DNA of 32,000 nucleotides from Breznakia sp. PF5-3 (GTDB lineage Bacteria; Bacillota_I; Bacilli_A; Erysipelotrichales; Erysipelotrichaceae): NCBI RefSeq assembly GCF_029504745.1, contig NZ_JAQFIQ010000023.1, positions 5,836 to 37,835 of the forward strand, read 5' to 3'. Shown piece by piece: positions 10,326 to 19,603 of this stretch (position 1 is its first letter; each line of letters starts with the position of its first letter). The notes under the pieces were generated by a model. It saw only the letters and a program-made list of their open reading frames with translations, ran no database searches and was not told where the DNA came from. The position numbers and the translations under genes were made by a program.

Positions 10326-11267
10326 ATGAATAAAAAAGAAATTGTAGTTTTTAAAGATAATGACTTTGAAATAAATGTTAATTTAGACTTGGGGGAAGAA
10401 ACGGTATGGTTGACGCAGAAAGAGATTTCTACTTTATTTGGAAAAAGTCAATCAACTATTTCTGAGCATATTGCCAATATATTTAAAGAAGGTGAATTGG
10501 ATGAAATAGGCAATATCGGAAAAACCGATATTGCAAATTCTGATAAGCCTGTAAAAGTATACAACCTAGATGTTATAATATCGGTCGGATATAGGGTTAA
10601 GTCAAATCGAGGAGTATTATTTCGGAAATGGGCGAATTCGATTTTGAAGCAATATTTATTAGATGGCTATGTAATAAATGAAAAAAGAAAAGATAGTATA
10701 AATTACTCACAGCTTTTTGGATTATTAAATAATTTAAGTAATGCAGGTGTGATAAATAATATAACAAGTGAAGGATTATTAACTTTTTTAAATTCATATC
10801 AAAGAGGATTAGAAATATTAGATAATTATGATCATCAAACACTAATAATTCCAAAGGGATTGCAAGATACATATAAACTAACTTATGAAGAGTGTATAAA
10901 AGTTATTAGAGAATCTAGTTTTAAAGATAAAGGGGATTTGTTTGCAATAGAAAGAGATAATTCATTTAGCTCAAGTATTCAAACAATTTATCAAACATAT
11001 GATGGAATAGAATTGTATCCAACACTTGAGTTAAAGGCAGCAAATTTACTTTATTTAGTTACAAAAAATCATAGTTTCATAGATGGTAACAAACGAATTG
11101 CAGCAATTATGTTTTTATATTTTTTGAATAAAAACAATCATTTAGAAGACAAAGGTATTAAACGGATATCAAATGAAACATTAGCAACTTTAACAATATT
11201 AATTGCTTCATCAAAGCCAGAGGATAAGGAAAGTATAATTAATTTGATTATGGTATTAATAGCGTAA
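10326..11267 (+). CDS. RhuM-family N-terminal region fused to a Doc-type Fic (death-on-curing) domain
   Basis: The N-terminus carries RhuM/COG3943 hallmarks (VWLTQKEISTLFGKSQSTISEHIANIFKEGEL, YNLDVIISVGYRVKSNRGVLFRKWA). The C-terminus has the Doc-type Fic motif HSFIDGNKRIAA (HxFxDxNKR). Flanking helices align by eye to P1 Doc. Confidence 0.8.
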   Translation: MNKKEIVVFKDNDFEINVNLDLGEETVWLTQKEISTLFGKSQSTISEHIANIFKEGELDEIGNIGKTDIANSDKPVKVYNLDVIISVGYRVKSNRGVLFRKWANSILKQYLLDGYVINEKRKDSINYSQLFGLLNNLSNAGVINNITSEGLLTFLNSYQRGLEILDNYDHQTLIIPKGLQDTYKLTYEECIKVIRESSFKDKGDLFAIERDNSFSSSIQTIYQTYDGIELYPTLELKAANLLYLVTKNHSFIDGNKRIAAIMFLYFLNKNNHLEDKGIKRISNETLATLTILIASSKPEDKESIINLIMVLIA

Positions 11268-11351
11268 TAGTAAGTGTAACAAATAATTGCAAGAAACAAT
11301 ATTTGTATATTAGGAAGCATTAATGTGTTTTTTTATATTTCTTATTCTTTA

Positions 11352-11360
11352 TGCTATAAT
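11352..11360 (+). promoter_or_regulatory. extended -10 promoter element upstream of the WGR gene
   Basis: TGcTATAAT at 11352-11360, with a weak -35 (TTTATA) 17 nt upstream. The AT-rich context makes this tentative. Confidence 0.4.
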
Positions 11361-11401
11361 TACGATGAATTTTAATTACGTATTAAAAAGGAGAAAGATG
11401 T

Positions 11402-12886
11402 ATGGTTTATCTTGAATATCATGATAATAATTTACACAATTTTTGGCAAATTGAAATAGATGATAATTATATTACATTTACCTTTGGAAGTATTGGAACA
11501 GCAGGGCAAAGCGAAACAATAGAATTTGAAACTGCAGAGCTGGCGCAAAAGGAAGTATCTAAGCTAATTGCTCAAAAACGCAAAGAAGGTTATAAAGATA
11601 TTAATAATGTATCAAAAAAGAATCAAGAAGATATTGAAAAGAGAATTAACCAACTTAATGAATTTATTTGTAAACTTAATAAGTTCAAAAATGATTCATC
11701 TTCGGCAGCAGATAATTATTATAGTATTGCAATGAAGGAAAGCATGGAAGATATTGATAATGAAGTTGATATTTATAATTTAGGGATAAAGTATACTTCG
11801 TTACGTCCTTTGATTTATGATGTTTTTAATGAACTTATGAAGATGTTTGAGCAAGGTGATATTCTTTGGTTTGATGAAGAAACACAAGCTGGTCTTATAC
11901 TAGCAAAAGAATTTGCATTATCAAAGCAAGAAGATATATCATTGATGATTCGTTTTATCAATTGTTGTGATATTAATCATGAAGTTTATATTATGGATGC
12001 TGTTATTGCAATATGGAATCGCTGGGGGTTTCGTAAGGAAACCTCTGATTTAGTTGTTGCATATATGTTGCAGAGTCAACATGGTATAGAATTACCAATT
12101 GCTCTTGATGAAGAAGAGATGAAGATAAAAGAAATTGTAAAAGATCCAAAATCAGCAAATATCATTTTATCAAGTATAAAAAAGTGGATTGATAGTGATG
12201 CTTTAAGGGCGGTTTATGAACATCGAAGTGAACATTCACTTGAAATGTTTATGGTTGAGATGTTACCAGAGACCATTGGGTCACTTTTCTCTATGGATAG
12301 TGTTGAGGCAGAAGAAAGTGCTCAAAAATTTTATACATTGTATAAAAAAGGGAAGACACCTAAGATAATACAAATAACAAATTTAAAAAAAGAGCCTCTT
12401 ATAAATGGAAGTGATGAAATATTTTTATCGACGATAATGGAAGCAATTGAAGATTTATCAGAAAAAACATATAAATGTTTAAAAAAACATGATGATTTAA
12501 ATATGAAACCTTTTGATGAATCAGTAATTAAACGAAAAGGATTAGCACATACTTGTATAATTAATATAAAAGGAGAAAAATATAATAAACTTGAATATTT
12601 TTCTATTGGAAATAAAATAAATTCTGCAACATTTGAAAAAGATCGATATGCGGAGAAAACATTTAATAATATTAACTTTTCTGAAGTTTCAGATTCTTAT
12701 ATAATAAATACTTTATTTCCTACAGTAGCAAAATGGTTGGAAGATAAGATAGATGAACAGGCTTTTGATAATTTATATAGTAATTTCCTAGAATTGCATA
12801 TAGCTGTTTGGGATTCAAAAAAGGCAAGAGCAAAAATTACGATTGATCGTCGAAATAAAACTCGTCATATAAAATTGAATAATTAA
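11402..12886 (+). CDS. WGR-domain protein with large uncharacterised C-terminal region
   Basis: Residues 1-66 fit the WGR pattern (NFWQIEI..ITFTFGSIGTAGQ..F.T...A......KLIAQKRKEGY), with the eponymous WGR replaced by FGS. AGGAG RBS 8 nt upstream. I could not assign the rest. Confidence 0.8.
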   Translation: MVYLEYHDNNLHNFWQIEIDDNYITFTFGSIGTAGQSETIEFETAELAQKEVSKLIAQKRKEGYKDINNVSKKNQEDIEKRINQLNEFICKLNKFKNDSSSAADNYYSIAMKESMEDIDNEVDIYNLGIKYTSLRPLIYDVFNELMKMFEQGDILWFDEETQAGLILAKEFALSKQEDISLMIRFINCCDINHEVYIMDAVIAIWNRWGFRKETSDLVVAYMLQSQHGIELPIALDEEEMKIKEIVKDPKSANIILSSIKKWIDSDALRAVYEHRSEHSLEMFMVEMLPETIGSLFSMDSVEAEESAQKFYTLYKKGKTPKIIQITNLKKEPLINGSDEIFLSTIMEAIEDLSEKTYKCLKKHDDLNMKPFDESVIKRKGLAHTCIINIKGEKYNKLEYFSIGNKINSATFEKDRYAEKTFNNINFSEVSDSYIINTLFPTVAKWLEDKIDEQAFDNLYSNFLELHIAVWDSKKARAKITIDRRNKTRHIKLNN

Positions 12887-12902
12887 AAAAATGGTCTTAT
12901 TG

Positions 12903-12947
12903 AAACGACGCCAAAGACTTGGAACACCAAGAAAGGGGTCGTTTTTA
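12903..12947 (+). terminator. nested-hairpin terminator after the WGR gene
   Basis: Outer stem AAACGAC (12903-12909) pairs with GTCGTTT (12938-12944), followed by TTAT. Inner stem CTTGG (12918-12922) pairs with CCAAG (12927-12931). Confidence 0.6.
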
Positions 12948-13028
12948 TATGAAACTAGCAATAGAGGATAAAACAAAATTATATTAAGAAATGAAAACAT
13001 GATGCTTTAGAAAATGCAGATAATTATA

Positions 13029-13057
13029 TTGTATGATTTAGAACCTTTTTTTAGAAT
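13029..13057 (+). promoter_or_regulatory. putative sigma-A promoter for the 586-aa gene
   Basis: TTGTAT (13029-13034), a 17-nt spacer, then TAGAAT (13052-13057). Confidence 0.45.
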
Positions 13058-13118
13058 GATTCGTCTAAGGAGTAGATGCTACTAAGAGCATAAATCAATG
13101 AAAGTTAGGAGATAAACT

Positions 13119-14879
13119 ATGCAAGAAAAATTAAATGTAGAGAATTTAGAAAAATTTGTGGATGAGTTGATTGAGAAAATAGAGAAAAAGAATATTAGCA
13201 TTAATAACTATGGTAGTTATTATAGTGGACTCTATAATGATTATATGGAAGGCTTCGATGAAGATGTATTGACAGATAATTTAATTCAAACAGAAAAAGG
13301 AGAATCTATACTAAGAAAGTTAATTAATCACTTATACTTATATAATACTTCTAGTTATGCATTGCAATTGTGGAAGAATGATGAGGTGCAAGCTGGTGAA
13401 AGAGCTGCTTATAGATTGGCAGAGAAGAATATCAGTGATGTTGATTTATATGCGAAGTTAGTTAGCTCAATGGATTTAAATCATGAAGTTAATCAATGTG
13501 AGGATGCAATGCATCTATATGAAAAGTGGGGGTATAATAAAAACACTTATTCACTTTTGATAAGTAGAATTGTAAATCTAGGACAATATGGAGATGAGTT
13601 TATTGAGGAAGTTGAAGAGGATGTACTTGTTGCTTTGGAGGAATATGAAGATTATGCTTATTTCCGTAAACTCTTAATTAATATGGGTGGAGGAGATTTA
13701 CAGGGTTATATGTTTGGTGAAATAATATTGAGCAAGGTTATTGAAAAAACGACAGAGGGTGATGACAATATCTTACAAGGATATTTAAATAAAGCAATGC
13801 GAGAAAGTGAGCTATCAATAGATACTATAACTGTATTATCAGATTATATTGATGAAAAAAGTCTTGATGATAGTATTGCTTATATAAAAGAGAGAATGGA
13901 TAGTGGGTTTTTTGAAAATGATGATGAATTAAATATCATTATAATTAACTACTTTAATCGTTATGTGAAAGATAAATGTACTGCTCTTAGTACAATTAAA
14001 AAAATGGAAAACTTATTAACGCTTATGAGTCCTGAGAGTAGAGAAGCTTATGCTAAAGAAATAGAAACGTGCATAGAGAATTTTTATAATAATAAAAAGC
14101 AAGCATTAGAGAAACTACATCAAAGTTTTAATAGTAATTCAGAAGATTACATTTATACAGTGGAGGAAGCTAAAAACAAGGGTTTAGAAGTAGAAGAAGA
14201 TATTACGAAAGTTTTTGAACAAGAGTTTCTTGTTATAGTAGGAAGCCCTAATTGTATATTAAATCCAAATAGTGTAGATTATATCCATCAGGCGTTGCAT
14301 GAATTGAATGCGAGAAAAGATGATTTATTGAGTGAAACAGGGATTAAGTTGTTGCATTCGGGTGGTTTTTTGGTTAGTAAATTTGATGAATGGGTAATTG
14401 ATTATAAAAGTTTCCCTTATGAAATGTATTGTGTAATTTATAAAAAGGGTGAGAAACCTCTAGTCTTTTTTGGAAAATATCATTATATAGAATTAGCCCT
14501 TTCTTGTCAGTCTAATTGGCCATCAACGCAAGCGGAAAAAGATAAATTAAGAGATGAATATTTTGCAGGCTTAGGTGATAAAAAGCGTAATGATGTAGAG
14601 TGGTTGGAAGCAGAAGATTATTTTGAAAGTTTTGAAGGTGACAATCAGGCTAACGTGAGTTGGTTTTTATGGGATTATGTAATCGATGAATATGGCGAAA
14701 AGTTTTTAGACAGTTTGGATAGAAACGATGGAATTATCGGAACTACAAAGGATGTCTATCGTGCGATACTTGCAGATCGTCATAAAAAAGTTGCAGTATT
14801 AGAAATGTTGGTAAACAAGTTGATAATAGAACAACCAGAACATAAAGAATACTGGGAAAATAAGTTGAGTAAATATTAG
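13119..14879 (+). CDS. hypothetical protein, paralogous to the C-terminal region of the upstream WGR protein
   Basis: Long ORF with an AGGAG RBS. An ungapped 68-aa hand alignment to the upstream protein gives about 20 identities, including LW..E.QAG, D.NHEV and WG[FY].K.T. No signal peptide, TM segment or catalytic motif was recognised. Confidence 0.8.
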   Translation: MQEKLNVENLEKFVDELIEKIEKKNISINNYGSYYSGLYNDYMEGFDEDVLTDNLIQTEKGESILRKLINHLYLYNTSSYALQLWKNDEVQAGERAAYRLAEKNISDVDLYAKLVSSMDLNHEVNQCEDAMHLYEKWGYNKNTYSLLISRIVNLGQYGDEFIEEVEEDVLVALEEYEDYAYFRKLLINMGGGDLQGYMFGEIILSKVIEKTTEGDDNILQGYLNKAMRESELSIDTITVLSDYIDEKSLDDSIAYIKERMDSGFFENDDELNIIIINYFNRYVKDKCTALSTIKKMENLLTLMSPESREAYAKEIETCIENFYNNKKQALEKLHQSFNSNSEDYIYTVEEAKNKGLEVEEDITKVFEQEFLVIVGSPNCILNPNSVDYIHQALHELNARKDDLLSETGIKLLHSGGFLVSKFDEWVIDYKSFPYEMYCVIYKKGEKPLVFFGKYHYIELALSCQSNWPSTQAEKDKLRDEYFAGLGDKKRNDVEWLEAEDYFESFEGDNQANVSWFLWDYVIDEYGEKFLDSLDRNDGIIGTTKDVYRAILADRHKKVAVLEMLVNKLIIEQPEHKEYWENKLSKY

Positions 14880-14924
14880 GGATAGTAAGAAGGTATTGAT
14901 ACTTGGTTTAGAACAGTGTCTAGT

Positions 14925-14961
14925 AAAAAAACCAGAGTTTCACTAGAAATTCTGGTTTTTT
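14925..14961. terminator. bidirectional rho-independent terminator (586-aa gene and convergent dehydrogenase gene)
   Basis: A7 run, ACCAGA (14931-14936), a 14-nt loop, TCTGGT (14951-14956), then a T6 run. Confidence 0.75.
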
Positions 14962-15017
14962 GAATACGACTAACTATATAGAGTTTATTTTTGAATTTGC
15001 ACTCTAATTATTAGTAT

Positions 15018-16100
15018 TTATTTTCCTTCAACTAAATAAGCTTTTAAAGTATCTTTATCCATTCCTTGGATGCCAAGTTCTTCTAAGGACCTACCACTTG
15101 TCCAACAATCTTGTTCAAGAATGACAGATCCTAAATTTATCATAGAATCCATGATTGGTGTTTGGATGTTGTATTGATGAGCAATTTTTGCCCAAGAAGC
15201 AAGACCAAAGGGAATGTCTTCAGAATAGTAACGATTTTTTAAATCAGCTGGACCTTTTATTTTAGCGAAATTTGGATCAGAAGCGATAGCTTCTTTAATA
15301 CTGTCTGTTTTAATTGTTCCTCCAACGCCATGAGCTGCGATATCTGACTTGTAGCCAAAACTATCAAGTAAAGAAATCCTTTCTTTATCGATGGCTTCTG
15401 TGGCTCTTACCACACAATCACTAAAGCCTTCTGTATAGAAATAGAATTCACCTTTTGCTATTTCAATTCTTCCGGCATTCAAAATACACCCAGGTACATG
15501 AATGATAGGATTTAAACTAGAAAGGCCACAAGCAATTACACTTTCTATTGGTTCTAGTCCATCAAATAATACTGATAAACGATTTACTACTTCCGTAGTT
15601 TTATTGGCTGGAATAACACCAACTTTTAGTGGGTTAAAGCGACTCATTACAAGCGATTCCCCTTGTGTTATCAAACGTGTTGCATAAGGTAGTGTATGCG
15701 TTTCTGCAACTTGTACTCCTGTAATCCCTTGTTCTTGAAAAGCTTTCCAAAAAAGAAGAGATCCAAAAGTTCCAGGTAATACAAAAACAATTTGTCCAGG
15801 CTTCACAAGTCTCTTAAGTTTTTCTGCATAAACATTGTGTGCAAAAGCAGGTACAGCAACAAGTATAAATTCAACATCTTTAATTGCTTCTTCAAGATTG
15901 CTTGTAACCATTGCAATCTCAACATCACCTTCTCCACATGCACCTTTTATTTTGATTGTTTTTGTATCAAATACTTTTTTCATGTTTTTCGCAAATCGCT
16001 CGTCTTCATACATATGTACTTCAAAACCTTTCATACTAAGGTCTGCAGCAGCGGCATGTCCACCATTGCCACCACCAAGTACTGCTATTTTTGTTTTCAT
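15018..16100 (-). CDS. NAD(P)-dependent opine (octopine/nopaline) dehydrogenase family protein
   Basis: N-terminal Rossmann motif IAVLGGGNGGHAAAADL. The ~360-aa length and overall pattern are typical of the family. AGGAG RBS. Confidence 0.82.
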   Translation of the reverse strand: MKTKIAVLGGGNGGHAAAADLSMKGFEVHMYEDERFAKNMKKVFDTKTIKIKGACGEGDVEIAMVTSNLEEAIKDVEFILVAVPAFAHNVYAEKLKRLVKPGQIVFVLPGTFGSLLFWKAFQEQGITGVQVAETHTLPYATRLITQGESLVMSRFNPLKVGVIPANKTTEVVNRLSVLFDGLEPIESVIACGLSSLNPIIHVPGCILNAGRIEIAKGEFYFYTEGFSDCVVRATEAIDKERISLLDSFGYKSDIAAHGVGGTIKTDSIKEAIASDPNFAKIKGPADLKNRYYSEDIPFGLASWAKIAHQYNIQTPIMDSMINLGSVILEQDCWTSGRSLEELGIQGMDKDTLKAYLVEGK

Positions 16101-16297
16101 AAAGTTATACTCCTTTCCTTTATTTTTATTATAAACTGCTTTTTTTGAATAATCGAATTATATAATGGAAAAATTATAATTATAAACAATTAAAGAAATC
16201 GCTTTTCCTGTTCGAAATATAAACTATGATATAATAGATTTGGTCGAATCATAGGTTATCTATGTCCAGGGCTTATATGTTGGAAGGAGGTAATACT

Positions 16298-16693
16298 ATG
16301 AAGAAACGCATGGTATTGATAGTCTTATTAGGACTATTGGTGGTTGGCTGTACTAGTAATAATACAACCACAGAAAAAGAGAAGGATACAGACGTCATAA
16401 AAACGGTTGATGAAAACACGGAAGAGTCACAAGAGAATGAAGAAGTCATAAGTGGAATGACACAGGATGAATTTATAATTTCCACATTTGCATCTTATGG
16501 TTATACAACTCCAGATAAAAGTGATTGGATTATAAAGGAAGAAGGAAATGATAAGGTGGCAATTATTATTAAGGTGCATGAGGGGAAAGGGAAACCGAAT
16601 ATAAGTAAACTTATCTTTCTTTGGAATGGAAGTAGCGAAGAAGCAACCGTATTATTTGTTATGGTAAACAATCAACCTATGTATGAAAAATAA
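16298..16693 (+). CDS. putative lipoprotein, function unknown
   Basis: I prefer the ATG at 16298 (MKKRMVLIVLLGLLVVGC/TSNN, lipobox LVVGC), which follows a GGAAGGAGG RBS. The track start is 16262. Confidence 0.75.
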   Translation: MKKRMVLIVLLGLLVVGCTSNNTTTEKEKDTDVIKTVDENTEESQENEEVISGMTQDEFIISTFASYGYTTPDKSDWIIKEEGNDKVAIIIKVHEGKGKPNISKLIFLWNGSSEEATVLFVMVNNQPMYEK

Positions 16694-16724
16694 CCCAGTG
16701 TTTCGTAAGAAACATTGGGTTTTT
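16692..16724. terminator. bidirectional rho-independent terminator
   Basis: AACCCAGTGTTTC-gtaa-GAAACATTGGGTT followed by TTTT. It overlaps the stop codon of the convergent LysR gene. Confidence 0.8.
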
Positions 16725-17607
16725 AAATGTTAGTTTTATTGATTAATTTAATAAATGTTTCAGCTGCTGTACTTAATGGAAAATCTCTTTGCTGGATATA
16801 TCCGATGGAACGGGATGGCAATGGTTGTTTTAATGTAAGTTCTTTAAGTTTGTTTTGTTCAAGGTAGGATGTTGAGAATTCTTTGATAACACAAGATACA
16901 CCCAAATTGATACTAGCTAACTGTAATAACAATTCATGGGCTCCAATCTCTATATGTGGATTAAGACTAATGTGGGTTTTAAGAAATTCTTCTTCTACAA
17001 ACAATCTGGAATTTGAATTTTTCTCTAATAAAATTAAAGGAAGTTCAGCGATTTCTTTGCGAGTATAACTGTCTTTAATTTCCATTCTTGAGCTACAGAC
17101 AAAGATATCATGAATGTCTGCACAACTTTGAATATATAAGTCATCATCATGAATCGGTAAATTAGCGAAGGCTATATCTACCTTACCACTTTTTACTAAT
17201 GGAATCATTTCGATGGATGTGGCATTGAATACTTGTAGATGAATGTTTGGATAAAGAAAATGAAATTGTTCTAGATAAGGAAGAAGGAAATTACTTGTAA
17301 TTGTGTCGGCAGCACCAATTATTAGACTCCCATCATCTAAACTTTTTAAATTATTAATTTTCTGTTCTGCTACATCAATGGATTCCATCGCGGATTTTAT
17401 ATAGTCATATAATATTGTTCCTTCTTGTGTTAGCGATATTTTTCGTGAATAGCGATGAAATAGTTGACACTCTAGATCGTTTTCTAATTGTTTAATGGAT
17501 TGAGAAACCGCAGATTGAGAAATATAAAGACTTTTAGCGGCATTAGAAAAGGAAAGATTAGTTGCTACTTCATAAAATATGCGATAATTATCTAGTTTCG
17601 TTTTCAT
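16723..17607 (-). CDS. LysR-family transcriptional regulator
   Basis: N-terminal HTH (FYEVATNLSFSNAAKSLYISQSAVSQSIKQLE) plus a LysR substrate-binding domain. Divergent from purA. Confidence 0.9.
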   Translation of the reverse strand: MKTKLDNYRIFYEVATNLSFSNAAKSLYISQSAVSQSIKQLENDLECQLFHRYSRKISLTQEGTILYDYIKSAMESIDVAEQKINNLKSLDDGSLIIGAADTITSNFLLPYLEQFHFLYPNIHLQVFNATSIEMIPLVKSGKVDIAFANLPIHDDDLYIQSCADIHDIFVCSSRMEIKDSYTRKEIAELPLILLEKNSNSRLFVEEEFLKTHISLNPHIEIGAHELLLQLASINLGVSCVIKEFSTSYLEQNKLKELTLKQPLPSRSIGYIQQRDFPLSTAAETFIKLINKTNI

Positions 17608-17717
17608 ATAAGCACCTCTTATAAATATTATATCAAATATTAATTAAACTTATACAATGAATTGTACTATAATTATTTTGTAATAAATAGAAAGGTAAGA
17701 TATTTAATATCTTATAG

Positions 17718-19016
<1,299 letters not shown>

Positions 19017-19089
19017 ATTTTGCATATAGGTTATCGTTCTTATGAAAATACGGTATAATAAGGATGAATATTGGAGAGGAGCAGTATAT

Positions 19090-19494
19090 ATGAAAAGGTT
19101 TATTGAGGAATTTAAAGAGTTTGCTTTAAAAGGAAATGTGCTAGATATGGCAATTGGGGTAGTAATTGGTGGTGCCTTTGGGAAAATTGTGACTTCCCTA
19201 GTGAGTGATATCATTACACCGTTAATTTCCATGTTGTTAGATACAGGAGAGATGGCAGATTGGACATTGGTATTAGGAAGTGGATCAGGCGGAGAAGATG
19301 TGGTTCTACGTTATGGAGTGTTTCTTCAAAACATAATTGACTTCTTATTGATTACTTTTAGTATTTTTGTAGCGCTTAGAATCATTTTACGATTTAAACG
19401 CAAAAATAAAGAAGAAGTTGTTGAAGAAAAACCACAAAAATCTGAAGAAACCGTATTGTTAGAAGAAATCAGAGACCTTCTAAAAGACAAGTAA
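19090..19494 (+). CDS. mscL: large-conductance mechanosensitive channel
   Basis: MKRFIEEFKEFALKGNVLDMAIGVVIGGAFGKIV is the canonical MscL N-terminus. The ATG at 19090 follows a GGAGAGGAG RBS. The track start at 19042 adds 16 unsupported residues. Confidence 0.93.
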   Translation: MKRFIEEFKEFALKGNVLDMAIGVVIGGAFGKIVTSLVSDIITPLISMLLDTGEMADWTLVLGSGSGGEDVVLRYGVFLQNIIDFLLITFSIFVALRIILRFKRKNKEEVVEEKPQKSEETVLLEEIRDLLKDK

Positions 19495-19603
19495 AATTCA
19501 GTGTATTAATTGTATTAGTTAATTAATACGGTTGTAAAACACTTTAAAATGGTGGCTATTAAGCCCCCGTTTTTTATGCTTAATACAATTCACAAAAGCA
19601 TTA

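Noticed and set aside
10038-15017. The accessory block as an integrated mobile element or prophage remnant
   Set aside because: No integrase, transposase, recombinase or phage structural gene is present. No tRNA target is present. I found no flanking direct or inverted repeats by eye. I keep it as a non-syntenic insertion of unknown origin, not as a mobile_element feature.
15065-15077. A 13-nt exact match CTTGGATGCCAAG shared with the inner hairpin of the dusB terminator (7256-7268)
   Set aside because: This copy lies inside the opine dehydrogenase coding sequence (encoding ..LGIQG..) and lacks the outer stem of the terminator element. It is most likely coincidence involving a short palindrome.
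15792-16148. 118-aa and 99-aa plus-strand ORFs opposite the opine dehydrogenase gene
   Set aside because: They are antisense shadow frames of a confidently called CDS, with Cys/Phe-rich nonsense composition.
19531-19603. 23-codon ORF (MVAIKPPFFMLNTIHKSIRKSSI) between mscL and the hydrolase gene
   Set aside because: It has no RBS, sits between hairpins and has no recognisable features. Sequence alone is insufficient evidence.
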